Source of the DNA: a virus
Reading direction: 5' to 3' (one strand)
IMG/VR virus record: IMGVR_UViG_3300036970_000245
DNA length: 64,000 nt
Program-made: the position numbers and the translations under genes
In this document: positions 30,879 to 40,141 of the stretch, piece after piece
How the letters are laid out: each line of letters begins with the position of its first letter
Numbering within the stretch: the stretch's first letter is position 1
Notes under the pieces: generated by a model
The model's database searches: none
Seen by the model: only the letters and a program-made list of their open reading frames with translations
Told to the model about the DNA's origin: nothing

Positions 30879-32036
30879 TTATGAGCGAGACTTGGCCTTA
30901 GCAAGCCTCTCAAGAGGGTTACTTGAGAATGCATCCATCCAGTCTTTCCTCCAGGCAGATATTTGTACTGTCGAGTACCTCTCACGGTAATCTTTCAATA
31001 GACACTCACCCGGACCAAGGTTTATGATGATGTCTTGGAAATTTTCATCTCTTGGTAACTCCATTGCGGCAATGATTGCATCAGCTTCGCCTCGACTTGA
31101 GCGGAAAGCAAATCGTGTTGAGATTGTGTTTTCGATGTCAAGTTTATCAATGTGAGAATTGTTCTGGGTGATAAGAATAAGTGAGAGGTATTTTGATCGA
31201 CCTAACAGTGCAAGACTCTTGACTGATCGTGCTCCGGCATCGTTACTAAGTACTGCGTGCGCCTCATCCATTATGATTGTTTTAGGGTTTTGTGAATTGT
31301 CATCCATCATGACACGCTTTAAGAAGTCGGTAAGTAGATACATGATGCCTGAGGCGAGGCGGTTCTGCATTGTTAGGTTTGTCTCACCGGCAGGTGGAAG
31401 TTCAAGCCCTACAAGAGTAATTACAGTTAAGCCTGAGTCGATTCTGAGAGCTTGACGGTGACCTGTACCGGGAGCAAAGCAAAGTTTTGCATATGGCATT
31501 TTGCTCAGAAGATCTAGTTGGCTACCAAGAGCACGTGCACCTTCTCGCTCACTGCCTCTGAGTGCGAGTATTACTTTCGCAAGGGATGGGTTTGGAGAGT
31601 CACGAACGTCCTGAACGATAGGGGATAAAACTGAGAGTTCTGTCCCTGATACACCGCCTAGGAAAATGTCAATAACTTCCATTGCAAGTGAAAGCTGTTC
31701 ATTGGGGTCAGATGTCATGTAGAATGGGTCGAGAAGCCCGGACTTTCCTCGAGCTAGATTCATAAGGGCAAAGTGACCAATTTGATCCTTGATGTTATCT
31801 AGTGCTAGGAAGTCTCCCTTTGGGTCAAGCACAACAGTAGTTTTTCCTAGAATTGCACTCATGGCTGTAAGGGTAAGCGCAAGAAAAGTCTTGCCAGAAC
31901 CGGGTTCACCTGTGATAAGAGTTCCTGGTGGTCTGTTGTTGATTACAGGTGTGTGGGGATCCCAGAACACTGGCAAAGGTCTTCCGCCTGTTGTTTCCCC
32001 AATGAACAAACTTGTACTGTATTTTTCTTTTTTCAT
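30879..32036 (-). CDS. VirB4-like conjugative ATPase (ATPase domain only)
   Basis: GEPGSGKT, VLDPKGD, IMDEAH, GRSK...ITQN, GECLLKDYRER. Confidence 0.82.
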   Translation of the reverse strand: MKKEKYSTSLFIGETTGGRPLPVFWDPHTPVINNRPPGTLITGEPGSGKTFLALTLTAMSAILGKTTVVLDPKGDFLALDNIKDQIGHFALMNLARGKSGLLDPFYMTSDPNEQLSLAMEVIDIFLGGVSGTELSVLSPIVQDVRDSPNPSLAKVILALRGSEREGARALGSQLDLLSKMPYAKLCFAPGTGHRQALRIDSGLTVITLVGLELPPAGETNLTMQNRLASGIMYLLTDFLKRVMMDDNSQNPKTIIMDEAHAVLSNDAGARSVKSLALLGRSKYLSLILITQNNSHIDKLDIENTISTRFAFRSSRGEADAIIAAMELPRDENFQDIIINLGPGECLLKDYRERYSTVQISAWRKDWMDAFSSNPLERLAKAKSRS

Positions 32037-32053
32037 GTTTTATTCCTGAGCTC

Positions 32054-32497
32054 TTATGATACTAAACTCTTGTCTTTGATGTCTGCAAGCAATCTTAATT
32101 CACGCCTACGACTAATCCATATTTCGGATTCGATGAAGAGGACTTCAGATTCATCAATATTTGGGTTAGCATTAAGGTCAGTCCACCCCTTAGGTTCCAA
32201 GGCAAACTTACATATTGTTCCTACAAATTGAGGTAGTGTTTTTCCACCAAAGGCAGGCTTAGTTGAGTAGTGACCTGCTATAATAGGCGGTCCGAATGCT
32301 AGAGCAAAGAAGAAAATGCTCAACTGTAATCCAAAGATTACGAACATTGGAATAGTGTAAAAGATTAAGAAGAGTGTTGTGTATGCAACTTTCTTCAATG
32401 AGACAGGTTTTTTGAACCTAATGTCCCCAAGAGAATACATGAACAATTCTCTGTTGAAGAAATTGGTCATGTTTACGCCAACTAGTGGGTTCATCAT
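32054..32497 (-). CDS. TcpE-like conjugal transfer membrane protein
   Basis: MYSLGDIRFKKPVS, two TM segments, GGKT; directly upstream of the VirB4-like gene. Confidence 0.7.
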   Translation of the reverse strand: MMNPLVGVNMTNFFNRELFMYSLGDIRFKKPVSLKKVAYTTLFLIFYTIPMFVIFGLQLSIFFFALAFGPPIIAGHYSTKPAFGGKTLPQFVGTICKFALEPKGWTDLNANPNIDESEVLFIESEIWISRRRELRLLADIKDKSLVS

Positions 32498-32553
32498 CTG
32501 TCCTTTACAAGAGTAGTTACTTGAAGTAATATCAAGCCTCTCCGTATTAACTA

Positions 32554-33384
32554 TTAAAAAAGCTCGGGTTTAAGCTCTTCGTCCCAGTCCCACTCAGAGC
32601 TTATTTCTACCCTGAGTTTGTATTCTTTATCAGTACTCTTTTTTGCACCAAGAAAAAGAACTCCACCTCGGATAATAGTGTTGTTATCATCGGGCCAGAG
32701 AATACCGGTGTCAGTGCCGCCGTCAAGTATTGCTTTAAGTGTAGGGAAAGAGTTCGCTGCGTCACTTTCATGTGCGGTGATGTTGCTAACCCAAACCTTT
32801 ACAAAACACTGCTGAAAGATATGATTTTCAGCGTTAGCTTCAATTTTCTTCTTAATGTAATCTTTCCTCTTAGCGAGATTTACTTTTCGAAGCTCTTTAT
32901 CAGTGGTTTTGCTGTTGAGGCGCTTTTTTGATGTAATTGTTGACTGTGTGCGCTTCTTTGAGGCTTTAAGTACAGCAAGTTTCTCATCATAGTCGTGGAT
33001 TAAAGACTCAAGTCTTTCTATTTCGTCGGGTTTTTTAGCCTTTTTTGCTTGGCGGAGCTGAGTTTTCCATTCTTTATACTCACTGATCTTTGTGTCATGA
33101 GCAGTCCGTTCACTTTCAATGTCCTTTAGTTTAGAGTTAAGCTCTTCAAGCTCTTTTAACGATTCTTTCGACTCAGAGCTTAACTCGAAAACTTGGAGGT
33201 CTTCCGGTTTTGGTTCTAGCGCTACTACACCGAACTGGTCTTTTATAGCATCAGCCCAAACCCTTTCAGAATACTCTCGAATCCAGGCAGATTTGATACC
33301 ACCTACAAGCCAGTTGACAGGAATGTTTGCACTTTTATATTTTGATTGGGGAATCGAGAAAGTCGCTCGAAGTATTTTAGTCAT
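32554..33384 (-). CDS. Hypothetical coiled-coil protein
   Basis: 276 aa with a K/E-rich centre. Confidence 0.7.
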   Translation of the reverse strand: MTKILRATFSIPQSKYKSANIPVNWLVGGIKSAWIREYSERVWADAIKDQFGVVALEPKPEDLQVFELSSESKESLKELEELNSKLKDIESERTAHDTKISEYKEWKTQLRQAKKAKKPDEIERLESLIHDYDEKLAVLKASKKRTQSTITSKKRLNSKTTDKELRKVNLAKRKDYIKKKIEANAENHIFQQCFVKVWVSNITAHESDAANSFPTLKAILDGGTDTGILWPDDNNTIIRGGVLFLGAKKSTDKEYKLRVEISSEWDWDEELKPELF

Positions 33385-33395
33385 TGTGTTTCTTT

Positions 33396-34349
33396 CTAGA
33401 GGTTTCTGATTCCATCAACGAGTTTCTTACTCATGAACACACCGAACGTGTAGAATAGGAATACAGCGACAAGTGCTGCCCAGGATAGTGGATCCTTGAA
33501 CCAAAAAGCTTTCGCCCCAGCATCAATCATTAGAGTTCCAAGGAATACTGCTGGGATAACAAATGATGCAACCCAAATCGCCGGCGCTGCAGAGCGGACC
33601 GCCTTATCAAGTTCGTCAGTCACTTTTTGTCGTGACTCAAGAACTCCTTGAATAATAGTGATTTGTTCCTCGAGGTTTGCACCGCTTGTAGAGGCTTGAA
33701 TCATACATGCACAAAGGAATTTTAGATCTCTTGATACAGTTTTTTGACTTAACTCCTCAAGAGCATCCTTAAAGCTTGCATTTGCGAGGATGCGTTGTTT
33801 TACAATAAGAAGGTCGTCATAAAGCGGGCTTGGCATACTGTCAACGACTTTGAGAATTGACTTCTCGGGGGTTTCGTTTGCTTGTACGTTCGCCTTCATT
33901 GCAAAGAGGAAGCCTGGAAGCTGTGCATTAAGAGTTTCGGCGCTTCTGTTAGCTTTGGACTTGAGGAAAACACCTAGCCCGTAAATAAGGGCAGGTGTGA
34001 TTACGATTCCAGCAAGAGGGTTCTTAAAGAAGAATATGGAGGCTAGAAATACTGCTCCGCTAATAAGAATGACATCACGACCTGCTCTTTCGTCATCCTC
34101 ATTGTATTTACCAAAACCTGCGGCTTTGAGTCGTTCCCCCCAGTACTTGTTCCATCGCATAGACAGAGTAATAGTTGGCTCTGGAAGTGGGGCACCACTG
34201 GAAATGATTTCGTCAAGCTGAGCGTCATACGCTGACTTTTGACTATTCCTCTGCATTATTAGGTAGCCAATAGAGACAAGAAAGCCAATGAGTAGAGCTG
34301 CACCGGCAGAGACGATATAGAGTATGTTCGAGTTTACTGCAAGAATCAC
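33396..34349 (-). CDS. TadB-like (T2SS F family) pilus platform protein
   Basis: QLPGFL, SGANL, multiple TM segments. Confidence 0.82.
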   Translation of the reverse strand: MILAVNSNILYIVSAGAALLIGFLVSIGYLIMQRNSQKSAYDAQLDEIISSGAPLPEPTITLSMRWNKYWGERLKAAGFGKYNEDDERAGRDVILISGAVFLASIFFFKNPLAGIVITPALIYGLGVFLKSKANRSAETLNAQLPGFLFAMKANVQANETPEKSILKVVDSMPSPLYDDLLIVKQRILANASFKDALEELSQKTVSRDLKFLCACMIQASTSGANLEEQITIIQGVLESRQKVTDELDKAVRSAAPAIWVASFVIPAVFLGTLMIDAGAKAFWFKDPLSWAALVAVFLFYTFGVFMSKKLVDGIRNL

Positions 34350-34421
34350 GGTACATCCTTCATGTTTGATAGTAAGAATATCGCTGCCGAGCAGTTAATT
34401 CGGCATATCGAAAAGATAATG

Positions 34422-35051
34422 TCATAACACGATTACAGTATTAGTAGACTGCTTGAGCTCCGTAAGGCCTGCATCAGTAACTATGAATCGGGCTGGTGCG
34501 GAATATTTCTGGAACACCTCATCTGAAACCCACAGTATATTTGGTTGGGGCACCTGACTTTCAGGGATAGGTAAAGCAAGAAGATTCATCCAGTGAGCGT
34601 GGGCTACTTGAGCTGCTGTTTTGCCAGTGCTCATGGCAAGAGAGTCGTTAACGAGGTAGAGCGGAGTACCCTTTGATCGCTTTTCTTCAACTTCTAATTC
34701 TTCGGAAAGCTGTTTAAGCTTCGGTGCTTCTGTACCTTTAACTTGCGCTGATTTTAATGGTTTAGGAAATTCTTCATAGGTCATGGGCTCGAAAGCGAAT
34801 ACACTAGACTGGTTCGGACCGAAAGTGTACTCAAGGTACGGAACAGTTAATTCTCTTATTTTTGGTATAGACTTTTCTTTAATCCTTCGTACTGTTTTAG
34901 TGAAAGGCCCATCGAGCCAGTCACTCCATGGTGCAACAGTGCGATCACTGCACACTTGGACACTTGCATGAGCAACTGCAGTGACAATATCCTCATGACT
35001 GGCGTCAAGAGTGACTAGAATTGGCTGGACGAGCGATCTGTTATTATTCAT
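34422..35051 (-). CDS. Peptidyl-tRNA hydrolase type 2 (PTH2)-like protein
   Basis: MSTGKTAAQVAHA, DAGLTE, W..GPFTKTVRR; ATG 6 nt after TATAAT. Confidence 0.82.
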   Translation of the reverse strand: MNNNRSLVQPILVTLDASHEDIVTAVAHASVQVCSDRTVAPWSDWLDGPFTKTVRRIKEKSIPKIRELTVPYLEYTFGPNQSSVFAFEPMTYEEFPKPLKSAQVKGTEAPKLKQLSEELEVEEKRSKGTPLYLVNDSLAMSTGKTAAQVAHAHWMNLLALPIPESQVPQPNILWVSDEVFQKYSAPARFIVTDAGLTELKQSTNTVIVL

Positions 35052-35208
35052 GAGTTTATTATAACTAACACGCACTTGGTTATTTGCGGTATTTAGAGCT
35101 AATGACTCTTATTGTGATCCACACAGGATAGGTCTTAGACTGTCTGGTGAACAGATACTCCTATGTTAGCGCCGAATTGAGCAGAAGGGTTGGGTGAATA
35201 AGGTTTTA

Positions 35209-36924
35209 TCAGTACGGAGCTTTACCGTTTGTTGAAAGCTCCGTAAGTTCTTCCCAGGTTAAGTCTCGTTCAAGATCGAGACGTCGGAACATTCTGCGCT
35301 CTTCACCCATTTCTCCAACCTTCTCCCAGTGTCCTTTCACTTTCAGGTCAGGGGAGAGGCCCTCATCAACAAACTCCCAGAGGCGGCGGACTGGCAGATA
35401 TACATCACCGCTTTCACGCTTTTCAGGGAAGGGGGCAACCTCACTTACGGAAACAATTTTGCGTGAACCGTCAGTAGGGAACTTTTCGATTCGTACTATT
35501 ACATCGAAGCTTGCAGCAATAAGGGGCAGCGTGTCTTGACCCTGCATGAGACCGCCAAGAGAAACGAGGGAGGTTAGTCGGTAGATGCCGTCATACTCGT
35601 TATTAGCGTGGATTGTTGACATACCGTAGTGACCAGTGTTTAAAGCTTGTGTCAAGTCCCATGCACTACCGTCACGGACCTCACCTACAATAATGGCGTT
35701 TGGTCGCTGTCGGAGAGAAGCCTTTACAAGATCTCTCATTGATACTCCGCTTCCTGGAGCGTCACTGCGCCCTGGAATGCATTCCATTGGTGCCGCAATC
35801 AATTTGTTTGGAGCAAGCTTTAGCTCTAGGTTGTCTTCAAGAGTTATGACTCGGTGGTCTGGTCGTAAGTATGCTGTAAGGGCGCCGAGTAGAGTAGTTT
35901 TTCCAGAACCGGTGCCTCCAATGATAAGAACAGAGCAGCCTTTGTAAATAAGGTTCCCTAAGAATGTCAGAAGTTCTGGTGGTGCTGTACCCCACTCAAT
36001 TAGTTGACTTGGTGCAATGAAGTCTTCCTTGTGGCGGCGGATACTAAAATTGGGTCCGGCGGGCGCCACTGATGTATGAACTACTGCCATACGGCTGTTG
36101 TCATGAAGTCGTCCGTCAACGATTGGTGTTGTTCGACTAACTTGTTTACCGATGGCTCCGTAAAGTCTTTCAATTAGTGTCATGAGATGGTTGGCATCGC
36201 GGAATGTGCAACCTGGGACTTTGTAAAGTTTTCCTTTTATTTCGACTTGAATATCTTTAGGTCCGTTGCATAAGATTTCGTCAACGTCCTTGTCTCTCCA
36301 AAGTGGGTCAAGTTTGCTGAATCCAATAATCTCATCACACGCCATCTTCATGACAATACTTTTCTCAACCCCGCGATGCATTGAGTGCTTGTCAAGATAA
36401 TCGGCTGTAGCTGCTTGCACAATTCGATAAGCAGCTTCACATTTTTCTTCATTTGTCGGGTCAGCTTGTGCTTCACCAATAACACTTGCTTGATTATTGT
36501 CAGCAATCATAGTCTGTACGAAGTCTACAGTAGTTTTAAGTATTTCATCGTATTTCTCAAAGAACCCCGGGGTTGCATTAAGCAGAATTTCAGTTGTTAT
36601 AAACTGTGATGACTGGTAGTTCCCCATTGGGAACTTGTTACGGAAATCTTTGATGTTCTTCTCTATAGCAAGCTCAATTGAGCCATAATTATGCATTGGA
36701 GTTGTGACATTTTTGACTCTATCTAGAGCTTCGGTTTCGTCGTCATCATTAAAGAATTCGTCAAATGATTTGTCAACCCTTAAGAATGGGTTGCCTTTGG
36801 CTGTGAAGGTTGAGTCTGTTTGTGTGTCAACAACTTCGGGTTCAATCTCGAAAGAAGATCCAGTTGGTTCTTCTGACAAGAGTTGCTTGTTTTTGTCTTT
36901 CATAGGACCAAAGTTCAAAGCCAT
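35209..36924 (-). CDS. CpaF/TadA pilus assembly ATPase
   Basis: GGTGSGKTT, TLEDNLEL, LRQRP..IIVGEVR, NTGHYGMSTIHAN. Confidence 0.92.
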   Translation of the reverse strand: MALNFGPMKDKNKQLLSEEPTGSSFEIEPEVVDTQTDSTFTAKGNPFLRVDKSFDEFFNDDDETEALDRVKNVTTPMHNYGSIELAIEKNIKDFRNKFPMGNYQSSQFITTEILLNATPGFFEKYDEILKTTVDFVQTMIADNNQASVIGEAQADPTNEEKCEAAYRIVQAATADYLDKHSMHRGVEKSIVMKMACDEIIGFSKLDPLWRDKDVDEILCNGPKDIQVEIKGKLYKVPGCTFRDANHLMTLIERLYGAIGKQVSRTTPIVDGRLHDNSRMAVVHTSVAPAGPNFSIRRHKEDFIAPSQLIEWGTAPPELLTFLGNLIYKGCSVLIIGGTGSGKTTLLGALTAYLRPDHRVITLEDNLELKLAPNKLIAAPMECIPGRSDAPGSGVSMRDLVKASLRQRPNAIIVGEVRDGSAWDLTQALNTGHYGMSTIHANNEYDGIYRLTSLVSLGGLMQGQDTLPLIAASFDVIVRIEKFPTDGSRKIVSVSEVAPFPEKRESGDVYLPVRRLWEFVDEGLSPDLKVKGHWEKVGEMGEERRMFRRLDLERDLTWEELTELSTNGKAPY

Positions 36925-36940
36925 TATATTTTTCTTTCGT

Positions 36941-37843
36941 TTACCCAAGAGTGTTTAAGAGAGAAGCAAGTGCAGGTGTAAGCACAATTATAAGTAGTGC
37001 TGGGATCAGTGTGGGTGTAAGGATTCCCATCATTTTTGATGAAAGCTGCGCAGTTTTTGCATGGATTAGAGCGAAGAATTCTTGGCGGCTTGCTTCAGCT
37101 CTTGATTGGAGCACTTCAACTAGAGGTACGTTTAAGTCAGTAGCTTCCTTTACGGCAGTAACGAATGTTTTGATGCTTTCGTTAGGGGCTCTTTCTCCAA
37201 ATTTTGTAAGTGACTCGCTTAAAGTTCGACCTGTGTCAATGTTGCTTAGAATAGTCGCAAGCTCTTTTTTGAGTACACCGTCTTGCATATTTGGGAGAGC
37301 TTCACGGAGAGCCTGAGTGAAAGTATTACCACCGGATAGTGAGATGATGATTAAATCTAGAGCTTCAGGGAGTTGTCGTTTGAAGTCGAGATCACGCTTC
37401 TTTGCTTGATCTTGATACTTCAATTTCGGGATCATAAAGCCCAGTATTGTTGAACCACCTACGACTAGAATTAGCGGAAGGGCAACTGTTACACTTAGGA
37501 AGAGATAGACCGCCCAACCAATAATGAATCCCATGAATGCCGTTACAAACCTGATAAAGAAGAATTCTTCAGCGTTTAGATTCCAAGGGTTACCAGATCG
37601 GACAAGCAGGTCTTCAATTCTCGGGTAATCTTTCTTTTTCTTTATAGAGTTTTCGGGGAGTGTTGAGTAAAGCTCCCCACCGAGTCTTGAAAGTAGGTTA
37701 AGAAGTTTTGTGTTATCAGAGTTTTCGTCAACTGTAAGAGAGAACTTTTCACTGCTTCTTGGAACAAAGACAGCATAGGCAAATAGTCCTGCAATTATAG
37801 CGAGTAAGCCCGCTATAACTTGATTATCAGCTAAAAAGCTCAT
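36941..37843 (-). CDS. TadC-like (T2SS F family) pilus platform protein
   Basis: QLPEALDLIIISL.GG, TM segments, LIPALLIIVL.P. Confidence 0.85.
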   Translation of the reverse strand: MSFLADNQVIAGLLAIIAGLFAYAVFVPRSSEKFSLTVDENSDNTKLLNLLSRLGGELYSTLPENSIKKKKDYPRIEDLLVRSGNPWNLNAEEFFFIRFVTAFMGFIIGWAVYLFLSVTVALPLILVVGGSTILGFMIPKLKYQDQAKKRDLDFKRQLPEALDLIIISLSGGNTFTQALREALPNMQDGVLKKELATILSNIDTGRTLSESLTKFGERAPNESIKTFVTAVKEATDLNVPLVEVLQSRAEASRQEFFALIHAKTAQLSSKMMGILTPTLIPALLIIVLTPALASLLNTLG

Positions 37844-37919
37844 TATGGTCCTCTCACCGAATCTTGTTCGTTTTAGTATGTAGGAATATCGGTTAAACTG
37901 TTGTCTCTAGACTGTACTC

Positions 37920-37952
37920 TTAAAAGGCAGACCCTCAGGGTCTGCCTTTTAA
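37920..37952. terminator. Intrinsic terminator after pilin
   Basis: TTAAAAGGCAGACCC-TCA-GGGTCTGCCTTTTAA perfect hairpin. Confidence 0.85.
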
Positions 37953-37981
37953 TTTGCAGGGTATTTAAGGCTTAGCGGTGA

Positions 37982-38275
37982 TTAGTTACCATATCGGCTA
38001 GTGTAGCCGTCATCCTTTGTGAAAGAATGGTCCTTACTGTGGTCAACATCCTTACAGTTATCATTACTTGCCCCAGAGTTGTAACTGTTAGCACCCTCAA
38101 TACAAGTCGCCACGTCGGCGCCCTTGTTGAGGATTGCTGTACCGATCCAGTTAACTGCTAGGATCGTGACAATAGCGAAGCCTGCGATAAGTAGAATCGT
38201 CTGAACGATGTCTCCACGGTCCTGATCGGTGCCTTCGGCAACGTAAGATGACTTGATGTTCTTTACAAAATTCAT
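37982..38275 (-). CDS. Flp/TadE-like pilin
   Basis: Short leader ending DRG, hydrophobic helix DIVQTILLIAGFAIVTILAV, one Cys pair; strong terminator downstream. Confidence 0.7.
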   Translation of the reverse strand: MNFVKNIKSSYVAEGTDQDRGDIVQTILLIAGFAIVTILAVNWIGTAILNKGADVATCIEGANSYNSGASNDNCKDVDHSKDHSFTKDDGYTSRYGN

Positions 38276-38392
38276 TGAGATATATCCCCTGTCTATTGAC
38301 TATCCTAGTCGGGTTAAAGCACTATAAGAGATAATATCAGACAGGAATTTGGACGACGGTCATTTACAGCCGCTCGAGCGGTAACTCAAGAT

Positions 38393-39331
38393 TTACTTGA
38401 GTAGACTCTGAACTTCCTTCATGCTCCACTTCCACATGGCGGTGGTCTTGGTGACAGTATCATTCATCCATTCTTCGAGCCTCTCAGCGTCAGTCATAAT
38501 CTCAACTGTGAGTGGGTAGAAAGCACGTGTTGACTCAAAGACAAGAGCTCGAGCTCGGGTGTGTGACCCTGCAGTGAGATCCGGCTTTTCGAGCTTTCCG
38601 TCATAGATCGCAAGCTGAAGGTTGTTGCAAACCTTGAGCATTGATCGAACAACAAGGAACTTGTCCTTGTCAGAAACATCTAGACCGTTCTCCTTGATGT
38701 ACTCAGTCAAGAAAGCGTAAAGGTTCAAAGGAACAGAAACTGCGACACTACCAGGGTTCAACGAACCGTCAGGGTTGTAAAGATCGAAGGGTAGACCCTC
38801 GAATCTCTTGCTATTGCTGTTCCCTGCTTTATTCTTTCCACTCATTGCTTGAAGTTCTTCAATTGTGTAATCATTAGCTGAGCCACCAGTAGAGCTTGAT
38901 GGATCTTCAGCCATGTTCGTCTTTGCATGCTGTGAGATGGTCCACTCTGTATCAAACTCGTTCTTTACCGCTGCTAGAGACTTGTAAATGTTATCCCGGG
39001 CGACAGTGGCATCAGAGGAAAGTTCGCTAATAGGGATCTTTCTATCAACACTGTCTTTGCGTCGAGTTTCAAGGCGGAAGTAGATCGGGTCACCGCTTTC
39101 CCTTGCCTTCTCAACAATCTGATGAACAGCGCTTCCAACAGGAGCCCATCCAGCAGGCTTGTACTTTGTGTTCTCAACGGTGAATGAAACCTTTGCGGAC
39201 TTACCCTTTTCCGAAGGGTCAATTGCGCTAACGATTCCAAATCCTGTAACAACCTTCACTTCAGCTCGGTGACCGGTGTCATCGGGGCCGTCATATGAGA
39301 TGAAGGGTCTACTTGAATATGTATCAGCCAT
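38393..39331 (-). CDS. Hypothetical protein
   Basis: 312 aa, AGGAG RBS. Confidence 0.8.
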   Translation of the reverse strand: MADTYSSRPFISYDGPDDTGHRAEVKVVTGFGIVSAIDPSEKGKSAKVSFTVENTKYKPAGWAPVGSAVHQIVEKARESGDPIYFRLETRRKDSVDRKIPISELSSDATVARDNIYKSLAAVKNEFDTEWTISQHAKTNMAEDPSSSTGGSANDYTIEELQAMSGKNKAGNSNSKRFEGLPFDLYNPDGSLNPGSVAVSVPLNLYAFLTEYIKENGLDVSDKDKFLVVRSMLKVCNNLQLAIYDGKLEKPDLTAGSHTRARALVFESTRAFYPLTVEIMTDAERLEEWMNDTVTKTTAMWKWSMKEVQSLLK

Positions 39332-39425
39332 TGCTTACTCCTAATGCAGTACTTACTTGTTTTTGACTTGTGTCTATTCTACCAAAAAATCGGACGAAAC
39401 CGAACTTATAGATGAATTCTTTGTA

Positions 39426-39641
39426 CTATTCGGGCTTTCGAGTCGCTTTCTGGAAAGTTTCGTTGCCGCTGAAGAAATCAGCGATTCTCCCAATGATGTT
39501 CGAGGCCCAAGAGAAAAGCCAATCCACTACGCCAAACGGATCGTAGTTGAATACTCGCAGTACTGCTAAACCAAAGCCGCAGGCAAGAAAGAAAATAAGA
39601 ATTTGTTTAACCATGCCACCTGAACTTTTTCGTGCTGCCAT
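39426..39641 (-). CDS. Small membrane protein
   Basis: 71 aa, TM plus amphipathic helix, AAGGAG RBS. Confidence 0.7.
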   Translation of the reverse strand: MAARKSSGGMVKQILIFFLACGFGLAVLRVFNYDPFGVVDWLFSWASNIIGRIADFFSGNETFQKATRKPE

Positions 39642-39663
39642 TATGCTAACTCCTTTTCCATAT

Positions 39664-40131
39664 TCATCTTTCTATCTTGTCTTTCTCCCGCGATTCACGG
39701 ATTCTAGCTTTTCTTTCTTCACGTAGCTGGGCAAGCTCTTCAGGAGTTGGCGCTATACGCAAATGACCCAAAAATCTATCAGCCTCTGAATTTAGATCGT
39801 CAACATTGAAGTCTTCAATCTGTGAAATAGGTCGCCCCTCAGTGTCCATCACAGTCTTAGGTATTACCTGATACTTGACACCAGTTTTAGGGTCAATACG
39901 CAAATTTTCAGTTAGAGGACCCTTTTTGCTATTGAGTTCTGCTTTATGGTCAGGCTTCGGTTGAGCAATTTTTCGCTTACCAGTGCTGCTGTTTACTGGT
40001 GTCGAAGGGGGCTGGGTTCGGCTAAGTCCCTCAAGAGTAGGGAGAGAGGTTACAGACTCTTCATCCACTTGGTGAGTCTTTTTAGGCTGATGGTCAGCTT
40101 TAGATGTGTTAGGGCTTGTGGGAAGAGGCAT
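39664..40131 (-). CDS. Hypothetical protein
   Basis: 155 aa; GATATT 6 nt before the ATG. Confidence 0.7.
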   Translation of the reverse strand: MPLPTSPNTSKADHQPKKTHQVDEESVTSLPTLEGLSRTQPPSTPVNSSTGKRKIAQPKPDHKAELNSKKGPLTENLRIDPKTGVKYQVIPKTVMDTEGRPISQIEDFNVDDLNSEADRFLGHLRIAPTPEELAQLREERKARIRESREKDKIER

Positions 40132-40141
40132 AGTCGAAATA

